Assembly: GCF_009914755.1 (NCBI RefSeq)
Contig: NC_060932.1
Source of the DNA: the human T2T-CHM13v2.0 reference genome, Homo sapiens
Strand: one strand, 5' to 3'
Length of the DNA stretch: 64,000 nt
In this document: positions 12,761 to 26,095 of the stretch, piece by piece
Layout: the number at the start of each line of letters is the position of its first letter
Position numbering within the stretch: position 1 is the first letter of the stretch
Position numbers and translations under genes: made by a program
The notes under the pieces: generated by a model
Database searches by the model: none
Told to the model about the DNA's origin: nothing
Seen by the model: only the letters and a program-made list of their open reading frames with translations

Positions 12761-13162
12761 TATTAAATCAAGTTTAGCCTAAAGTTGCCACCTTACACAT
12801 TTTAAGTTCACTCTACAAGTTTCTCCATACACAGTGAACTGTGACCTAACTGGATGTGTAAACAGACTATAGCCTACCCTTATACCAATCTCTGAGCTTC
12901 ATTCAATCAAAGGCGACCAACTTTTCAAACCCTGTTTAAATAAGGCAAACACCGACCTGTAACCAATTCAGCAGTTTCTGTACCACACGTCCATTTTCTG
13001 TACATCACTTTGCATTTTCTATCCATAAATGCTCTCTGGCTATGTGGCAGTGCAGAGTCTCTCTGAAACTATTCTGGTTTCAGGGGCTGCCTGATTTGTG
13101 AATTGTTCTTTGTTCAATTAAACTCTGTTAAATATAACTTGTCTAAAGTTGTTCTTTTAACA
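12761..13162 (+). mobile_element. MER57-family ERV1 solo LTR
   Basis: tattaaatcaagtttagcctaaag...aaataaggcaaac...tgtaaccaat...attaaactctgttaaa...ttcttttaaca. 4-bp near-TSD atgt/gtgt. CCAAT boxes at 12885 and 12963. Confidence 0.85.
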
Positions 13163-14237
13163 GTGTTAAATTTCATCAAATACTTTTTTCTGCATCAACT
13201 AAAATTATCACATGATTTTTTTCTTTTATTCTATTGTTATGATGAATTAAACTGACTGACTTTCAAATGTTATACTAACCTTGCATTTCTAGGATAAACC
13301 CCACTTGGTCATGATATAAAATCCTTTTTATATAGGGCTAGAATTGATATTTTGCTAAGGATTTCTGTATCCATGTTCAAGAGCGATATTGATCTGTAGT
13401 TTCATTTATGTATTTGTTTTGTAATTTCTTTGCTGGGTTTTGAATAGAGTTTTGAAGGCCTCAAAAGAAGTTTGGAAGTATTCTTTTTCTACTTTCTGAA
13501 AGAGATTGCATAAAATTGGTAATAATTATTCCTTAAATATTTGATAGCATTCACTAGAAACCCACCTGGCCCAGGAATTTTCTTCATGTGAAGATTGTTA
13601 ACAGCAAATTCAACTTCTTTAACAGAGGTAGAACTATTGATATTTTCTGTTTTATCTTGTGTCAGTTTTGGTAAGCTTTATTTTCAAGGAATGTGTTTGT
13701 TTTAATTAAATTTTGACCTAAGTTTGTTTATAATATTCTTACTGTTCACTTAATATTTGTAGAATCTGCAATGATAATCCCTCTTTCATTCCTGATATTA
13801 CTACTTTATGTTCTTAATCTTTTTTCCTCTATCAGTCTATCAATTTTGCTCATCTTTTCAAAGAATCATCTCTTCATTTAATTTTTCCTCATTTCTCTGA
13901 TTTCTCTTTCATTGACATTTAATCTAATATTTATTAGAAAATCTTTGTGTTTACTTTGCTTTTCTTTTTGTTGTTTCTTAAAATAAAACTTAAGTAATGG
14001 ATTTTAGACCTTTAGTTTCTAATATAGGCATTTATTTTTTACATATCTAAAAAATTTTAATTTGTTGTATTTTTATTATCCAGCTCAAAATAATTATTTT
14101 ATGCTTTATTGACCTGTATTATTTAGATGTGTGTTTAATTTTCAAATGTTTAGAGTCTTCTAGATTGTTATATTTCAATTGCATAATCAGATAAGTTACT
14201 CTGTATAATCTACCTAACTAAAGATTTGTTGAATTTG

Positions 14238-14291
14238 TTTTTATGGTCTATCTTGTTGATTTGAAATTATTTTTATGGTCTATCTTGTTGA
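14238..14291. repeat. 22-bp direct duplication with a 10-bp spacer
   Basis: tttttatggtctatcttgttga at 14238-14259 and 14270-14291. Confidence 0.85.
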
Positions 14292-15811
14292 ATGTGTCAC
14301 GTGCACTTGGAAGAGAATGTGTATTCTGTATATCTTGGGTGTGTTGTACTATAAACATCAATTAGACCAAGGTAGTTTATAGTGTTTGTCAGATTATCTA
14401 TATCTTTACTAATATGTTTTGTTTAGTTTTTTAATCAATTGCTAAGAGACAAGTGTTAACATTTCCAAATATTATTTGAAATTTATTTTTCCCTTTAATT
14501 CTGTTAATTTTTGCTTCATTTATTTTGAAGTTATTAAGTGAACCTTCATTTAGAGTTGCTGTGTCTTCATGATAAATTGACTCTTAATAATGTGGAATGC
14601 GTCTATTTCTGGCAACACCATTTATCTTGAAGTTTTTCTTTTATTTGACATTAATATGGCAGCCAACACTCTTTGTGTTTGCTGTTTGTACATTATTTTT
14701 CCACTCATTTATTTTCAACTTATCATTGTATATATAAATTGTGTTATTATACAATATGTAGCTGAGGGTATGAAATTGTTTTTATTCCTATTTTGATAAT
14801 TTCTGCTTTTTAGTTGTTTGCTTCACACTAATTAATTATTAATGTTATTTTATTTAGGCCTACCTTTCTATTATTTGTTCATCTCCATTTTATCTCTGTT
14901 CTTTATTTCTTGACTTCTTTTAGATTAATTAATATTTCATTAAAATTTTCATTTCAATTTTGTTGCTAGCTTTTTGGTTATGTCTCTTTGTAATTTCTTA
15001 AATTTGGTACTCTAGTGGATTACAATAAATAACCTTGACTTTTCACAGTACATTTTAGTTAATATTGTACCCTTCATGTAAAATGTGAAAATCTTACAAT
15101 TGTATACACCTGTTTACCCCCCCAAGCCTGTTTCTTATGCTACAGTAATCATATGTACTACATATACTTCTATCATGAAACTAAAAACTAATTTCTGCTT
15201 TCAACAGTCAAATGTACTTTAAAGAAATTAATATGAAGAATATATTTTACAATATTTATCATTTCCAGTGCTTTTTGTTGTTTGCAAAAGACCTCAACTT
15301 TTTTCAAGTATCATTTGCCTACAGCCTGAAGAATTTCTTTTAGCATCCCTTGTAATCTCCAACTACTGTCAATGAATATTCTTCTTTTTGTTTCATCTGA
15401 AAGGAGTTTTACTTTGCCTTCATTCTTGAAGGTTATTTTCATGGGATATAAATTTCTGGGTTGAAAGTTTTGTTTTTCTCTTAGCTTTAAAGACGTTTAT
15501 CTTCTGTCTTATGGCCTCGCTAGTTTCTGATGAGTATTCAGAAGTCTTTTGAATTATTGTTTCCCTATACATTATATGTTGTTTTTCTATAGCTGTTTTT
15601 TAGATTTTCCTTTCATTTTTGTTTTTAACACTTTGTTTTATTTATTTGTTTTTCAAGTTTCCACCATTTCATGTTTTTAGCACTTTGAGTATAATGTTCT
15701 TAGGCATAGTTTTCTTTATAATTATTCTGCCAAGGGCTCACTAACCTCCTTTAGTTACCATATTTATGTCTATGGCCAAATTTGAAAAAAATGTACACCA
15801 TCCATTCTTCA

Positions 15812-16845
15812 AAATTTTATCAAGGCATTATATATACAACAAAAATTAACTATTTTAAAAAATATACAATTATTTTAAAGCTTATTGTATAGTTTAAAAT
15901 ACACAATTGGTGGTATCTAATACATTCACAAGGTTGTGCAACTGTGGTCTCTAGCTCAAAAATGTTTTCATTACCCCAAAGAAGAGCCTGTACCCATTAA
16001 GTAACCACTCTCCACCCTTTCTCCATCCAACCCCTGACAACCACCAGTATGCTTTCTGTCTCTATGGGTTTATCTATTTCAGATATTTTATATAAATAAA
16101 ATTGTATAATATATGACCTTTCATGCTTGTCTTCTTTTGCTTAGCATAATGTTTCCAAGGTTAGTCCATGTTGTATTTAATAGTATGTGTCAGTACTTAG
16201 TTCTTTTTGCCAAAAAATATTCCATTATATGTCTATATCACAGTTTGCTTGCTCATTCATCCACTGGTGGACATTTGACTTGTTTTCACCTTTTGGCTAT
16301 TGTGACTAATGCTTCTGTGAGCATTCATATGCAAGCATTCATGTGCAAATATCTGTTTAAATACCTCTTTTTAATTCTTTTCCTCAGTGGCTGCACCATT
16401 TGATGTTCCCTCCAGCAATATATAAGGTCCCAATTTTTCCACATCCTCACCAACACATTTTTTTTTGTTTTCTTTTAAATAGCCATCTTAGTGAATGTGA
16501 AATTGTATCTTTTTGTAGTTTTAATTTGTATTTCTCTTATAACTAATGATACCAAGCATTATTTTTCATGTGCTTCTTGGCCATTTGAATACCTTTTTAG
16601 AGAAATATCTTTCAAGTATCTTGACCATTTTAAATTGAATTATGGTCTTTTTGTTGTTGAGTTGTAAGAATACCTTATATATTCTGGATATTAGACCTTT
16701 AATAGATATATTATTTGCAAATATTTCTCCCATTCTATTGGTTGCCTTTTCACTATCTTTATAAGGTCCTTTGATGCACAAGAGTTTTTAATTTTGATGA
16801 AGTCTTATTTTTTGTGTGTTTGTTCCTTGTGCTTTTGTGATCTCA
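15812..16845 (-). mobile_element. L1MB-like 3' end nested in the older L1M
   Basis: tacattcacaaggttgtgcaac...cattaccccaaa...ggtggacatttgacttgttttcaccttttggctattgtg...atttgcaaatatttctcccattct; the ORF at 16566-16781 resembles the ORF2 C-terminal region. Confidence 0.85.
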
Positions 16846-18009
16846 ATTTCTTCTGTTCCATTGTATATCTTTTATCCTCAGCAATTACAATTATATACAC
16901 ATTAGATTTTAGACATTGTCTTACAGTTTTATGAGGCTCTCTTATCTCCAGACTCTTTTCCTTTGCCATTTCCATTCAGTTTTTAAGTCCACCCAAAAAA
17001 TATTTCTTTTACATCATCATACATAGCTGCTTTAAAACCCATATAATCTAATTACAGTTGGTCTTAGTAGATTGTTTATTCTCTTGAGAGTGGATCACAT
17101 TTTCCTAGTTCTTCAAATGTCGAGTAACTTCTTATTATATCCCGAAAGGCGATATTATAGATTCTGTTATATTCTTCCAAAGAATGGGCTCTTTCTTTTA
17201 GTAGACAGTTAACTTGGTTGAATTCAAGTTACAAAAAAATCTTTTTGGGAACAGCTCAGATCTCAATTCAGTGCCCTTATCTCTAGCTGGACTGCTTTGA
17301 TTCTGCCCACGTATGTGTGGTTCCTTGGTTATCTAGAAATTTGGGCAGAATTTATTTCCAAAATGTGGGGCTCACTCTCTTGTTCTTTTTTTTTTTTTTT
17401 CTGAATCCTTACCTACCTCAGTTTTCAGCAAAGGTAATTTCCCTGAACTCTGTTCTCTGGTTCTTTAGTTCAGAAAGTCTGTCTCTTTTCTGTTGGAGTT
17501 TTAGGCTTTAGCCTACTTTCAGACTAATACCTGCAATAATGAAAAAATGCACCTCATTCTTTTTCCTTCTGGCAAGTTTTGGCACTTATTTACAGTCTGT
17601 CTTATTTTGTTCACTCCCTAGTTTCTACAAATATTTTTATGTTTTGTTCAGAGTTTAGAATTGCCATTCATAGGAATGTAGACCATGATGGGGCTTACTC
17701 TGCCATACCAGATACAGAATTGCCTCTAGTTCGTTGAAAATATTTCTATCACAACACTATATTTGATTATATAATAGCTATTTATGCTTTATTTTTCCTG
17801 TCCGACTACATTCTTGTTGTGCATAAAGAAGAGTCTTCTTTTAAAGTTGTGAAAATATATAGTCTTTTTTTTTTTTTTTCTGTTTAATGAATTCCTTTTG
17901 GAAACTCCTGCTACTGCTTCTGAGATAGTATCTCCATCACACAGACTCATATTTCCCTGTTTAAGGGATTTGGCCATTTGGAGACAGTTTATCACCTTAT
18001 GTTATTAAA

Positions 18010-18270
18010 ATTTGAATGGCCCACGTAAGCCAGAAACTGCCATGAGTCTCCTTCGCGACATGTAGAGAGAGGTTTCCTGAAATGAAAACCTGTAAGGAGT
18101 AAGATGACCTGAGAGAAACAGAATGGAAGAGAGGATCTTGGTGGCATAATTTAACTTTAGAATTCCCTTTTGCTTAAAGCCAATTTCACTCCTTTGCCCT
18201 CCAAGTTACAAAAGTCATAAATATCTATGAGAAAAGAGTTTGCATTCACTTTCTGACACTGACAACATAT
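18010..18270 (+). mobile_element. Old MLT1-type MaLR LTR fragment
   Basis: gtaagccagaaactgccatg...ttcccttttgcttaaagccaattt resembles MLT1J/K 3' motifs. Confidence 0.45.
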
Positions 18271-19654
18271 ATAATACTAAATCCTCTATACCTGGAAAAG
18301 ATAGATAGTGAATTCTTGGATAATAAGTGAATGACTGATGATAGGTACATATACAATATTACTGGAAAGGTGTAGCCTCTGAGTGAGCATGGCATAGGCA
18401 TCCCTAATTATCAATGAGGTCACTTACAGGGAAATCAAACCACCTTAGTTCATCTTTCAATGTTGTTCAGGACTGACCTGACCTCTATCTGGAACCTGTG
18501 TATCCATTTTCACCTCTGCTAATATCTAGGCAAGCAATGAAATAGACATTTGATTTTTGTGGACAGCCTTCTTATACATTTCCTCATTTTCAATAATAAG
18601 AGCAAACTGGTGACATGCATGTTTGCTAATTTTTTTATTGCTTGTGCTAAGTGTTCCATTTTGAGAAGAAAGCAATTTGGCAGTGTTTAATGACCCTCTT
18701 TCTTAGTGTCTTCACCTTGGCATGTTTTTCTGTCTCTGTCAGACCTGTGAGAAGATAGTTGTTGCTCAGTGATATGTTGTTCACAGAGGGGAAAGCCTCA
18801 GTCACAGGGTCTGTCTCCAGTAACATTTACAACACAGGGAGTACCATAACCAGCAGAGTTTGTGAAACCTCTTTCTTATAGCGTGCCAAGAATTCAATCT
18901 GTTTCTGGTTCCTGCAAACTAACAAAGCTGTTGCTATGTTATCACTCTAAAAGATGAAGCCATATAGTCATATGTAGGCTTCCCTTTATACAGTAAATAC
19001 TATCCACTGATAGACCAAAAGCTTAGAAAACTGTATCTCAAAGGTTAACGTGTCTATTAGCAGCATGTTGACAATCTTCAGCACAAGGTGCGTACCTTTT
19101 TGATAATGTCTAAACTAGTCTATATCCTTCCATTGACGTCAGCAATAGCTTAAAATTCCAACTGCTTTGATTGACCCAAGATTTAAATTTAATAGCAGAA
19201 ACATAATTATAAGAGAAATAAACTTTGGGGGGGGGGAAATTCCAACTGTGATATAATTAATATGTTTCTAATACATAACTAATAAAAATTATAACAACAA
19301 TCCATCAAGGATCTCAGAAGAAGACGACAAAATAAAGGTTAAGAAGATAAAAAAATTTCTTAGAAGAGGAAAAAATAGATTCTGTGTGAAAAAGCATTTA
19401 AGTTACTAATCAAAGTAATATAAATTAGGAGATATTATTTCTTTACACATTATATAAGCAAAGAAGTAAAAACAATGTTATTGATACAAGTAGAGTGAGG
19501 CAAACATTTTTTATATCAGTTGGTAAGCATGCAAACACAGAACCTTTATGGGAAAAATGGAAAAAAATGTGTTTTCTGTATCTATTTACATATTTTTTTC
19601 AGAAAATAATTTCAAGTTTATTAAAAGGATACACAAATATAACAAAAGGGATAT

Positions 19655-19820
19655 TTGAAAAAAGAAAGAAACAAGGAAAGAAGGAAGGATCAGAATAAAG
19701 AGGAGAGGGGAAGGTGAAGAGAGTAGAGAAGAGGACAGGAGAGGAAAGAAAAGGAAAAAGGAGAAGAAAGGAGAGATGAGAGAAGAGGAGAAGAGAAAGG
19801 GGGAGGGGAAGGGAAAATAA
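19655..19820. repeat. Purine-rich (GA) low-complexity tract
   Basis: About 165 bp made almost entirely of A and G (aaagaaagaaacaaggaaagaagg...ggggaggggaagggaaaa). Confidence 0.9.
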
Positions 19821-20214
19821 ACTAATGTTGGAGGCAAAATGCAGCTGAAAATAAGTTTGAAAATCAATACCTTGAGAACTTCACCAAGCTTTTTAAGCCA
19901 TTTACCAGTCAATGGGATAAGAAGAATTACTATGAAGGAAAACTTTTCTTTCTATCATAGTCCACTAAATCTTTTAAATTACATGTGGATGCTTCCACAC
20001 AAACCAATGGAAGTTACCTTGCTTGCTTTTCAGAACCTCAGAGATGGTTACTGCGACAGTCTTCCAGAAACACATACTATAACTATTGGAACTTCTCCTC
20101 TCCCCACTTTGGATAGAAGAGGTCATCTTTGTACAAAGAGATTTTTGTTGTTTTACTGAAATTTAAGTATATGTAGAAGGGTGTATACAGATTATGAATA
20201 GCCAAAGGGGTAGA

Positions 20215-20765
20215 CGGTATTGGTTATTAAGATATTATATCTCAGCATCAAACCTATGCTTCTCTGCTGTTTTCTGATGCTGGAGTTGGACCTCTGTAAA
20301 ACACATTTCTCCTTTACCAGCTGCATCTTGCTTAGGATCTGCTCATAGGGATGCTGGAAGAAAGACTTGAAGGCTGGAAGAGGAAGAAGCACTCATTTCT
20401 ATTTTGCTTCTTGTTCCCACCATGTCACTGTAGCAATGGTTTGTTAATTACAGCTTGTGCCAGCAGCATTACTTCCAATGTGTAGTTCTCTCTAACCCTA
20501 GAACCAGCATCGCTGCATGTGCTCAGGAATGCAAATGCAACTGCAAGCAGCACCCCTTCCTCAGAGGTCAGAGTCCTGAATCCACAAGGTTCCTCCTTCA
20601 TGTTCTTAGGTTTCTATAATTCCAACTTCTTCCCTTTTCTCTTCTCTGCAGGCTTACAGGTGCAGTTACTTCCTCTGGGATACCTCCCTGTCACATTTTG
20701 CCTTGATACCTTATATTAAATTTTCTCTGTAGAATAACTCTCCTGACTGAAGCTGGACTGATACA
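20215..20765 (+). mobile_element. LTR33-like ERVL solo LTR
   Basis: gatgctggagttggacctctgtaaaacacatttctcctttaccagctg...ttatattaaattttctctgt...ctcctgactgaagctggactgataca terminus. Confidence 0.7.
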
Positions 20766-21254
20766 ATGGAAATAATATCTGTATTATAAAGCTGTGTGGG
20801 TGGTGTGTATTATACACTCTAATTCTCTAAACAAGTCTATGTATTAGTATATGTTTTGTACGTATTATGTATAAATATATTTTGTACATAATATACTTAG
20901 AACAGTATGTGGCACATAATTTATTCTCAGTAAATATTAGTGTTACTACTAATAAAAATTAATTGCACTGCCTTGAGAACTGGCATTTTGATGTATAAAA
21001 GTCCTGATTTCAGCTAATAGAGTTCATGTTAACTGCAAACTTCAAGACACTTTCAAAAAAGTGAAAAATATATATAGCGAAGGCAAGGGAGTTTACCTAA
21101 GTTTTCTGAAATGAGAAATAACACAGTATTTTTTTCACTGAAATAACCTTGGAATCTTTATTTCCTTTCCTTTCTTTTTGGATATCATATGGAATATGGA
21201 ATATGGTGGTCGTGAATCTTGATATGCCAAGAAATATATGAAGCAAGAAGATAA

Positions 21255-21460
21255 ACTACTATGCATTAACCTCTTGCTATGTACCAGCTAATTTTCAGTA
21301 TTATCCCATGCACCTTCACCATAAATCTAGTGGGTTAGGTATTATTATTCTCATTTTGTAAATAAGGGAACACAGATTCAGACAGCTTATAAATAGCTAG
21401 TCTTGTGTTACATATATTGGCAGAGGCAGAGCTAGGATGTGAAATGAGATTCGTATCTAC
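21255..21460 (-). mobile_element. MIR SINE
   Basis: taggtattattattctcattttgtaaataagggaacacagattcaga...ggcagagctaggatgtgaa. Confidence 0.75.
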
Positions 21461-22316
21461 AAATACATAAATATCATTAGAAAGGAAATGTCAGGGTATG
21501 CGCACATGGATGCGGAAGATTGCAACAAATGTAAGAGGTAAAGAGTTAAAGTCCACACAATGTTGAAAACTTTTTATAATCCAGTGAGAAAAAACTCCAG
21601 GAAACTCAAAGAAGAAACTTGAGCAGGGTCACACAGCAAGCGTGTGCTATAATCAGAGTTACAACTTGAGACTGATCAGTAGACAGTAGTCTTCCATCTA
21701 AACCTCACTTATCATGGAATTAACACCCCTACTGCTCATTTGAAAGAATAACCCAACTCCAGTCATGAAATCCATTGGCTTATATGAATTGTGAACTCTG
21801 TGGGATTAAAAAAAATCCCTTTCGACTACTAGAGGAATAAAACACGTTATTTACTAAAGTTTAATTAGACATATAATGACTTCTTCACAGGGAGAAAGAA
21901 GAAAGAAAAATCTACATTTCCAAGTGCATGGAATGATATTGCCAGAAGAGATCTGGCAAAGAGGGCCATTAGTGGTCATTAGCCTTTGTCTGCCAGGAAA
22001 AATTAACTTTTGTCTTCTTATAAAAAGGTTTACCCTGAAAGGTTTCTATTGATGTTACTGAAGTAAAGAAATTCTCTGCAGGTAAATTTTACATGGGGAT
22101 ATGTTATTTAATGCTAACGGGCTATAGAAGGGAGAATTTTCATGGAAGCATGTCAATGCTAAACATGAAGAAATATTTCCATGTGGGATTGGCTTGAATC
22201 CCATTAACATAGGTACTTCGCAATCTAGGAGTCCCAGGAAATGCAAATTATCCATTTCTAAAAGTATCAATTTTTAAAGGTTTTAAGTTTACTCTGTCAT
22301 AGACTTCATTAAGCAC

Positions 22317-22680
22317 TGTATTAGTCATAGACTAGGTTTATGCTGTGATAACATAAACTCATAATATCAGAAGCTAAAGACAACGAAGGTTTTATTTTCT
22401 GCTCATATGGAGTCTCTTCCAGGCATGGCTGGCTCTCCAGAGCAGCTGCCCACGTGATGACTTCGTCCTCCAGGCTTCTTTAACTTCATGTCACCAGCAC
22501 ACCAATATGAGCCTCCACAATCATTGTGTAGCGAAGGGCAGACTGCAAAGTCCAGCACTAGCAATGAACTATTTCTACTTAGAAGTGACAGATTATCTAC
22601 ACTCATATTCCATTGGCTGTGTCATGTGACCACTCCTGGCCTCAAGGACATGGGGAAAGCAAACCAGATAATGGCAAAGT
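22317..22680 (-). mobile_element. Old MLT1 (J/K/L-like) MaLR LTR
   Basis: tgtattagtcatagactaggtttatgctgtgataaca...aaggttttattttctgctca...cattggctgtgtcatgtgacc. Confidence 0.65.
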
Positions 22681-22694
22681 GTGGCAATGTCTAC

Positions 22695-22890
22695 CCAGTG
22701 TCTCATTTACACTTCCCACAACCCTGTGATGTAAATACAATATTATCTTCTTTTTGCAAATAAGAAACCTGAGTCATAGAGTCATTAAATACATTTCCCG
22801 GTGTCACAGAGATATAGAGTGACAGAACTAGGATTCAAACATCAGTTGGCTAACCCCAAAAATGTGCTCTAGCCACCGTGCCTTCCTACG
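22695..22890 (-). mobile_element. MIR SINE
   Basis: tctcatttacacttcccacaaccctgtga...ttttgcaaataagaaacctgagtc...gacagaactaggattcaaac. Confidence 0.75.
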
Positions 22891-23779
22891 TTCCTGGATG
22901 TATTTTGCATGGGCTCCTGAATGGATGTCTAATTTCTGCCATGATTATTGCTCTCAGGGAACACTCCCCTAAGAACAGAGTTGAGAAAAGTTTAAAGTAA
23001 CTTTGAGTCTCTATCTTAGCAAGAGAGAGGAACAACCCACCAGGGATCACACTAATAATGTTGCAACAGACTACTTAAGCTTTTTAATTTCTTCGAGTTT
23101 TTTTCTTTTACCTCCTGTATTCTCCAGACCAATGAGCAGGAAAACCTTTATAGGGAAAAGGATCCTGTGAGCTTGTCTTTGGGTGAAGCAAAGAAGACAA
23201 TGTCTAGGGAGATGACATTCCTTCTCTACAGTCTTTTGTGCAGAAGATCCGCCCTCCTATAGCTACCAACAGATAGAGTGGTGGTAACCTTAAAGAGAAG
23301 AGAGTAGACTGTGTCCCTGAGGTCTGCTGTAGGAAACAGAAACAGCCCTCCCTGGACGGAGAAATGCACCTGAACAAAAGCAAGGCTCTGCTGCTCTGAC
23401 CTATCCACGTTAGGATGTGGTTTTGTTTCTCTGGCATTGAAATGGGAGGGCAAGGTTATCTGCTGTTCTCTTATGACCTCTGTCATATTTATTGTGACAC
23501 GTAGTATGTCTAAGGGATACTACTAGCTTTAAAGAACTTATAATCTGGTAAAGCACATGATACAGGAGCACAAATAAGGACAAATGGCAGATGCAAGAGA
23601 GGTCCAAGCAAAGTGAAAGAAGAGAAATTGATTTCATCTGGAAAGACAGACCCAAAAAGAGTTCATACGAGTGAGCATCTACACCTGGAATGGGCTTGGA
23701 GATAAGGACAGAAGCTGTGCTGGTACAGACAAAAGGCAAAAATATATAAAAGAGAGCAAAACAATTAGAAAAGGAATGA

Positions 23780-23948
23780 GGTGCCTGTAGTCCCAGCTAC
23801 TCAGGAGGCTGAGGCAGGAGAGTGGCGTGAACCCAGGAGGCGGAGCTTGCAGTGAGCCGAGATCGATCGTGCCACTGCCCTCCAGCCTGGGCGACAGAGT
23901 GAGCCGTCTCAAAACAAAAGAAAAAAAATAAATAAAAAAAAAAAAAAA
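23780..23948 (+). mobile_element. 5'-truncated AluY (right arm only)
   Basis: ggtgcctgtagtcccagctactc...ggcgtgaacccaggaggcggagcttgcagtgagcc (Y diagnostics) and a long A tail. Perfect 13-bp TSD agaaaaggaatga (23767-23779 / 23949-23961). Confidence 0.93.
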
Positions 23949-24071
23949 AGAAAAGGAATGAATACAAAAAGGCCTAGCACTGATTTGAGAAAAAGTCAGC
24001 AACCCAATTTGGATAAATCATCCAATTTGTAAAAGATTTATATCAAGATACATAGGGAAAGCTATGTTAGA

Positions 24072-24592
24072 ATATACCCAAAGGATTATAAATCATGCTG
24101 CTATAAAGACACATGCACACATATGTTTATTGCGGCACTATTCACAATAGCAAAGACTTGGAACCAACCCAAGTGTCCAACAACGATAGACTGGATTAAG
24201 AAAATGTGGCACATATACACCATGGAATAACATCCAGCCATAAAAAAGGATGAGTTCATGTCCTTTGTAGGGACATGGATGAAACTGGAAACCATCATTC
24301 TCAGCAAACTATCGCAAGGACAAAAAACCAAATACCGCATGTTCTCACTCATAGGTGGGAACTGAACAATGAGAACACATGGGCACAGGAAGGGGAACAT
24401 CACACTCCGGGGCCTGCTGTGGGGTGGGGGGAGGGGGGAGGGATAGCATTAGGAGATATTCCTAATGTTAAATGACGAGTTAATGGGTGCAGCACACCAA
24501 CATAGCACATGTATACATATGTAACAAACCTGCATATTGCACACATGTACCCTAAAACTTAAAGTGTAATAATAATAAAAAAATAAAAAAAA
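24072..24592 (+). mobile_element. L1PA4-like 5'-truncated LINE-1 (ORF2 C-terminus, 3'UTR, polyA)
   Basis: atatacccaaaggattataaatcatgctgctataaagacacatgc...gcattaggagatattcctaatgttaaatgacgagttaatgggtgcagcacaccaac...cctaaaacttaaagt followed by an A tail. Confidence 0.92.
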
Positions 24593-24734
24593 GAACTAAG
24601 TCATAGAGATCTTGGAGGATTTTTTCTTGTGACAATCTACTGGATGGCTTAAGTTAGCACATTAAGACTAAGACCCCTACAGTAAAAAATATACAGAATA
24701 TTTGATGTTGCCAAAGAAAAGAAGTTAGACTGCG

Positions 24735-24940
24735 TACTCAGGTTTCAACTGTAACTCCACCACTTAATCACTATGAAACTTTGAGAAAATTATTTAAATT
24801 CTCTGTTCTTAATTTTCTCACATTTGAAATGGGAATAATGTTAATTAGGGGTTGTTGGGGATTCAGTTATAGAAGAGATGTGAAGAGATCAAAATCATAC
24901 CTGGCACATGGTAATCAGTCAATTAATGCTAATTTTTATT
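24735..24940 (+). mobile_element. MIR SINE
   Basis: ctccaccacttaatcactatgaaactttgagaaaattatttaaattctctg...ctcacatttgaaatgggaataat...cctggcacatggtaa. Confidence 0.75.
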
Positions 24941-25929
24941 AGCTGCTCTTATTTCTTGACACATACTATCTCCCTCTTAATTTGGGATATGGCAATAACT
25001 GACACAATATTAATTTCCCTGTAGGAAGGGTTGGCACTCAGCATAAATGTTAAGTTCACTCACAACTCCCTGAACTTAAAGTTAATTCTCAAGTTAACAC
25101 AAATCTGCTAAAAACACAGAACTCATCTGCAGGCTAGAAAAGAGCAAAGATGGGCTCAAAAAAAAAAAAATCAATTTAGAGACTACCCACACAATGCTAT
25201 TCACTAAAGTGTTGTGTCTCAGAGTGATTCCCTCTTATTTTACAACATACCAACAAACGTAGAGATAAACTGAACGTGCCTGTTGACAGCCTCTACGGAG
25301 CTGCCGACTGAATGGAGCATCTTTGAGGTAGAATAAGGTGTTAAACCATTATCGTTGTCACTGGTGTTTTGATTGGGTGAAAGGGCTGGTTGTAGATTTG
25401 GTCTCTACACATATTCTCATGCCCCCTCTATTACAAGCCAGAGGCTAGGGAGAACATCTTTTTTCTAGGCTTGACTCAACACTTCTAGACCCTCTGCTTA
25501 CTCCAAATTTAGGGGAAGGCATAAAAAGTTACCTAAGTGACTTGAATGTACAACTTAGGCAATACATTTTTTTGTTATTGTTGTTTAGAAAAAAAAGTAG
25601 TTTTCTCGGTTCTCCCAAAGGCTGTACCTGTAGCCAACACTAAATAACTTGCTTAAAATGTGGCCAACTGTGCCATTTATTTTATTTAAATTGTGGTAAC
25701 AAGGAGCTGAGTCATTATGAAGACTGAAAACTCTGTCTTAATTTCTTTTTGATCATGCAATTTCACAGTGACTAGGAAAAAACAGTTCAAGACAGAATAG
25801 CATAATAAGAATGATAGTTGTGGAGATTCAGAATATTTAAAAGGAATTGTTTAGCCAAAAGGGTGAAGGCTGAGAGGTGACATAGTAATCATCTCAAGTA
25901 TTTTTTCTTCTTATGAGAGAAAAAGTAGC

Positions 25930-26095
25930 ACTGATTGAGTTTCTAATATATTTTTATGTGCTATGCCATGGATTTATATATGCTTTCATGCCATCACATA
26001 AGAATCTCATATAATAAACAAGGGAACAGAGGCTTGGAGAGGTTAAATTACTTACCTGAGATTAATCAATTAGTGGATAACAGAGACAGAACTTA
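25930..26095 (-). mobile_element. MIR SINE fragment
   Basis: gattgagtttcta...gggaacagaggcttggagaggttaaattacttacctgagatt. Confidence 0.65.

Noticed and set aside
24421-24443. G-quadruplex-like G-runs (also at 43025-43047)
   Set aside because: This is the standard G-rich tract of the L1PA 3'UTR, already explained by the elements.
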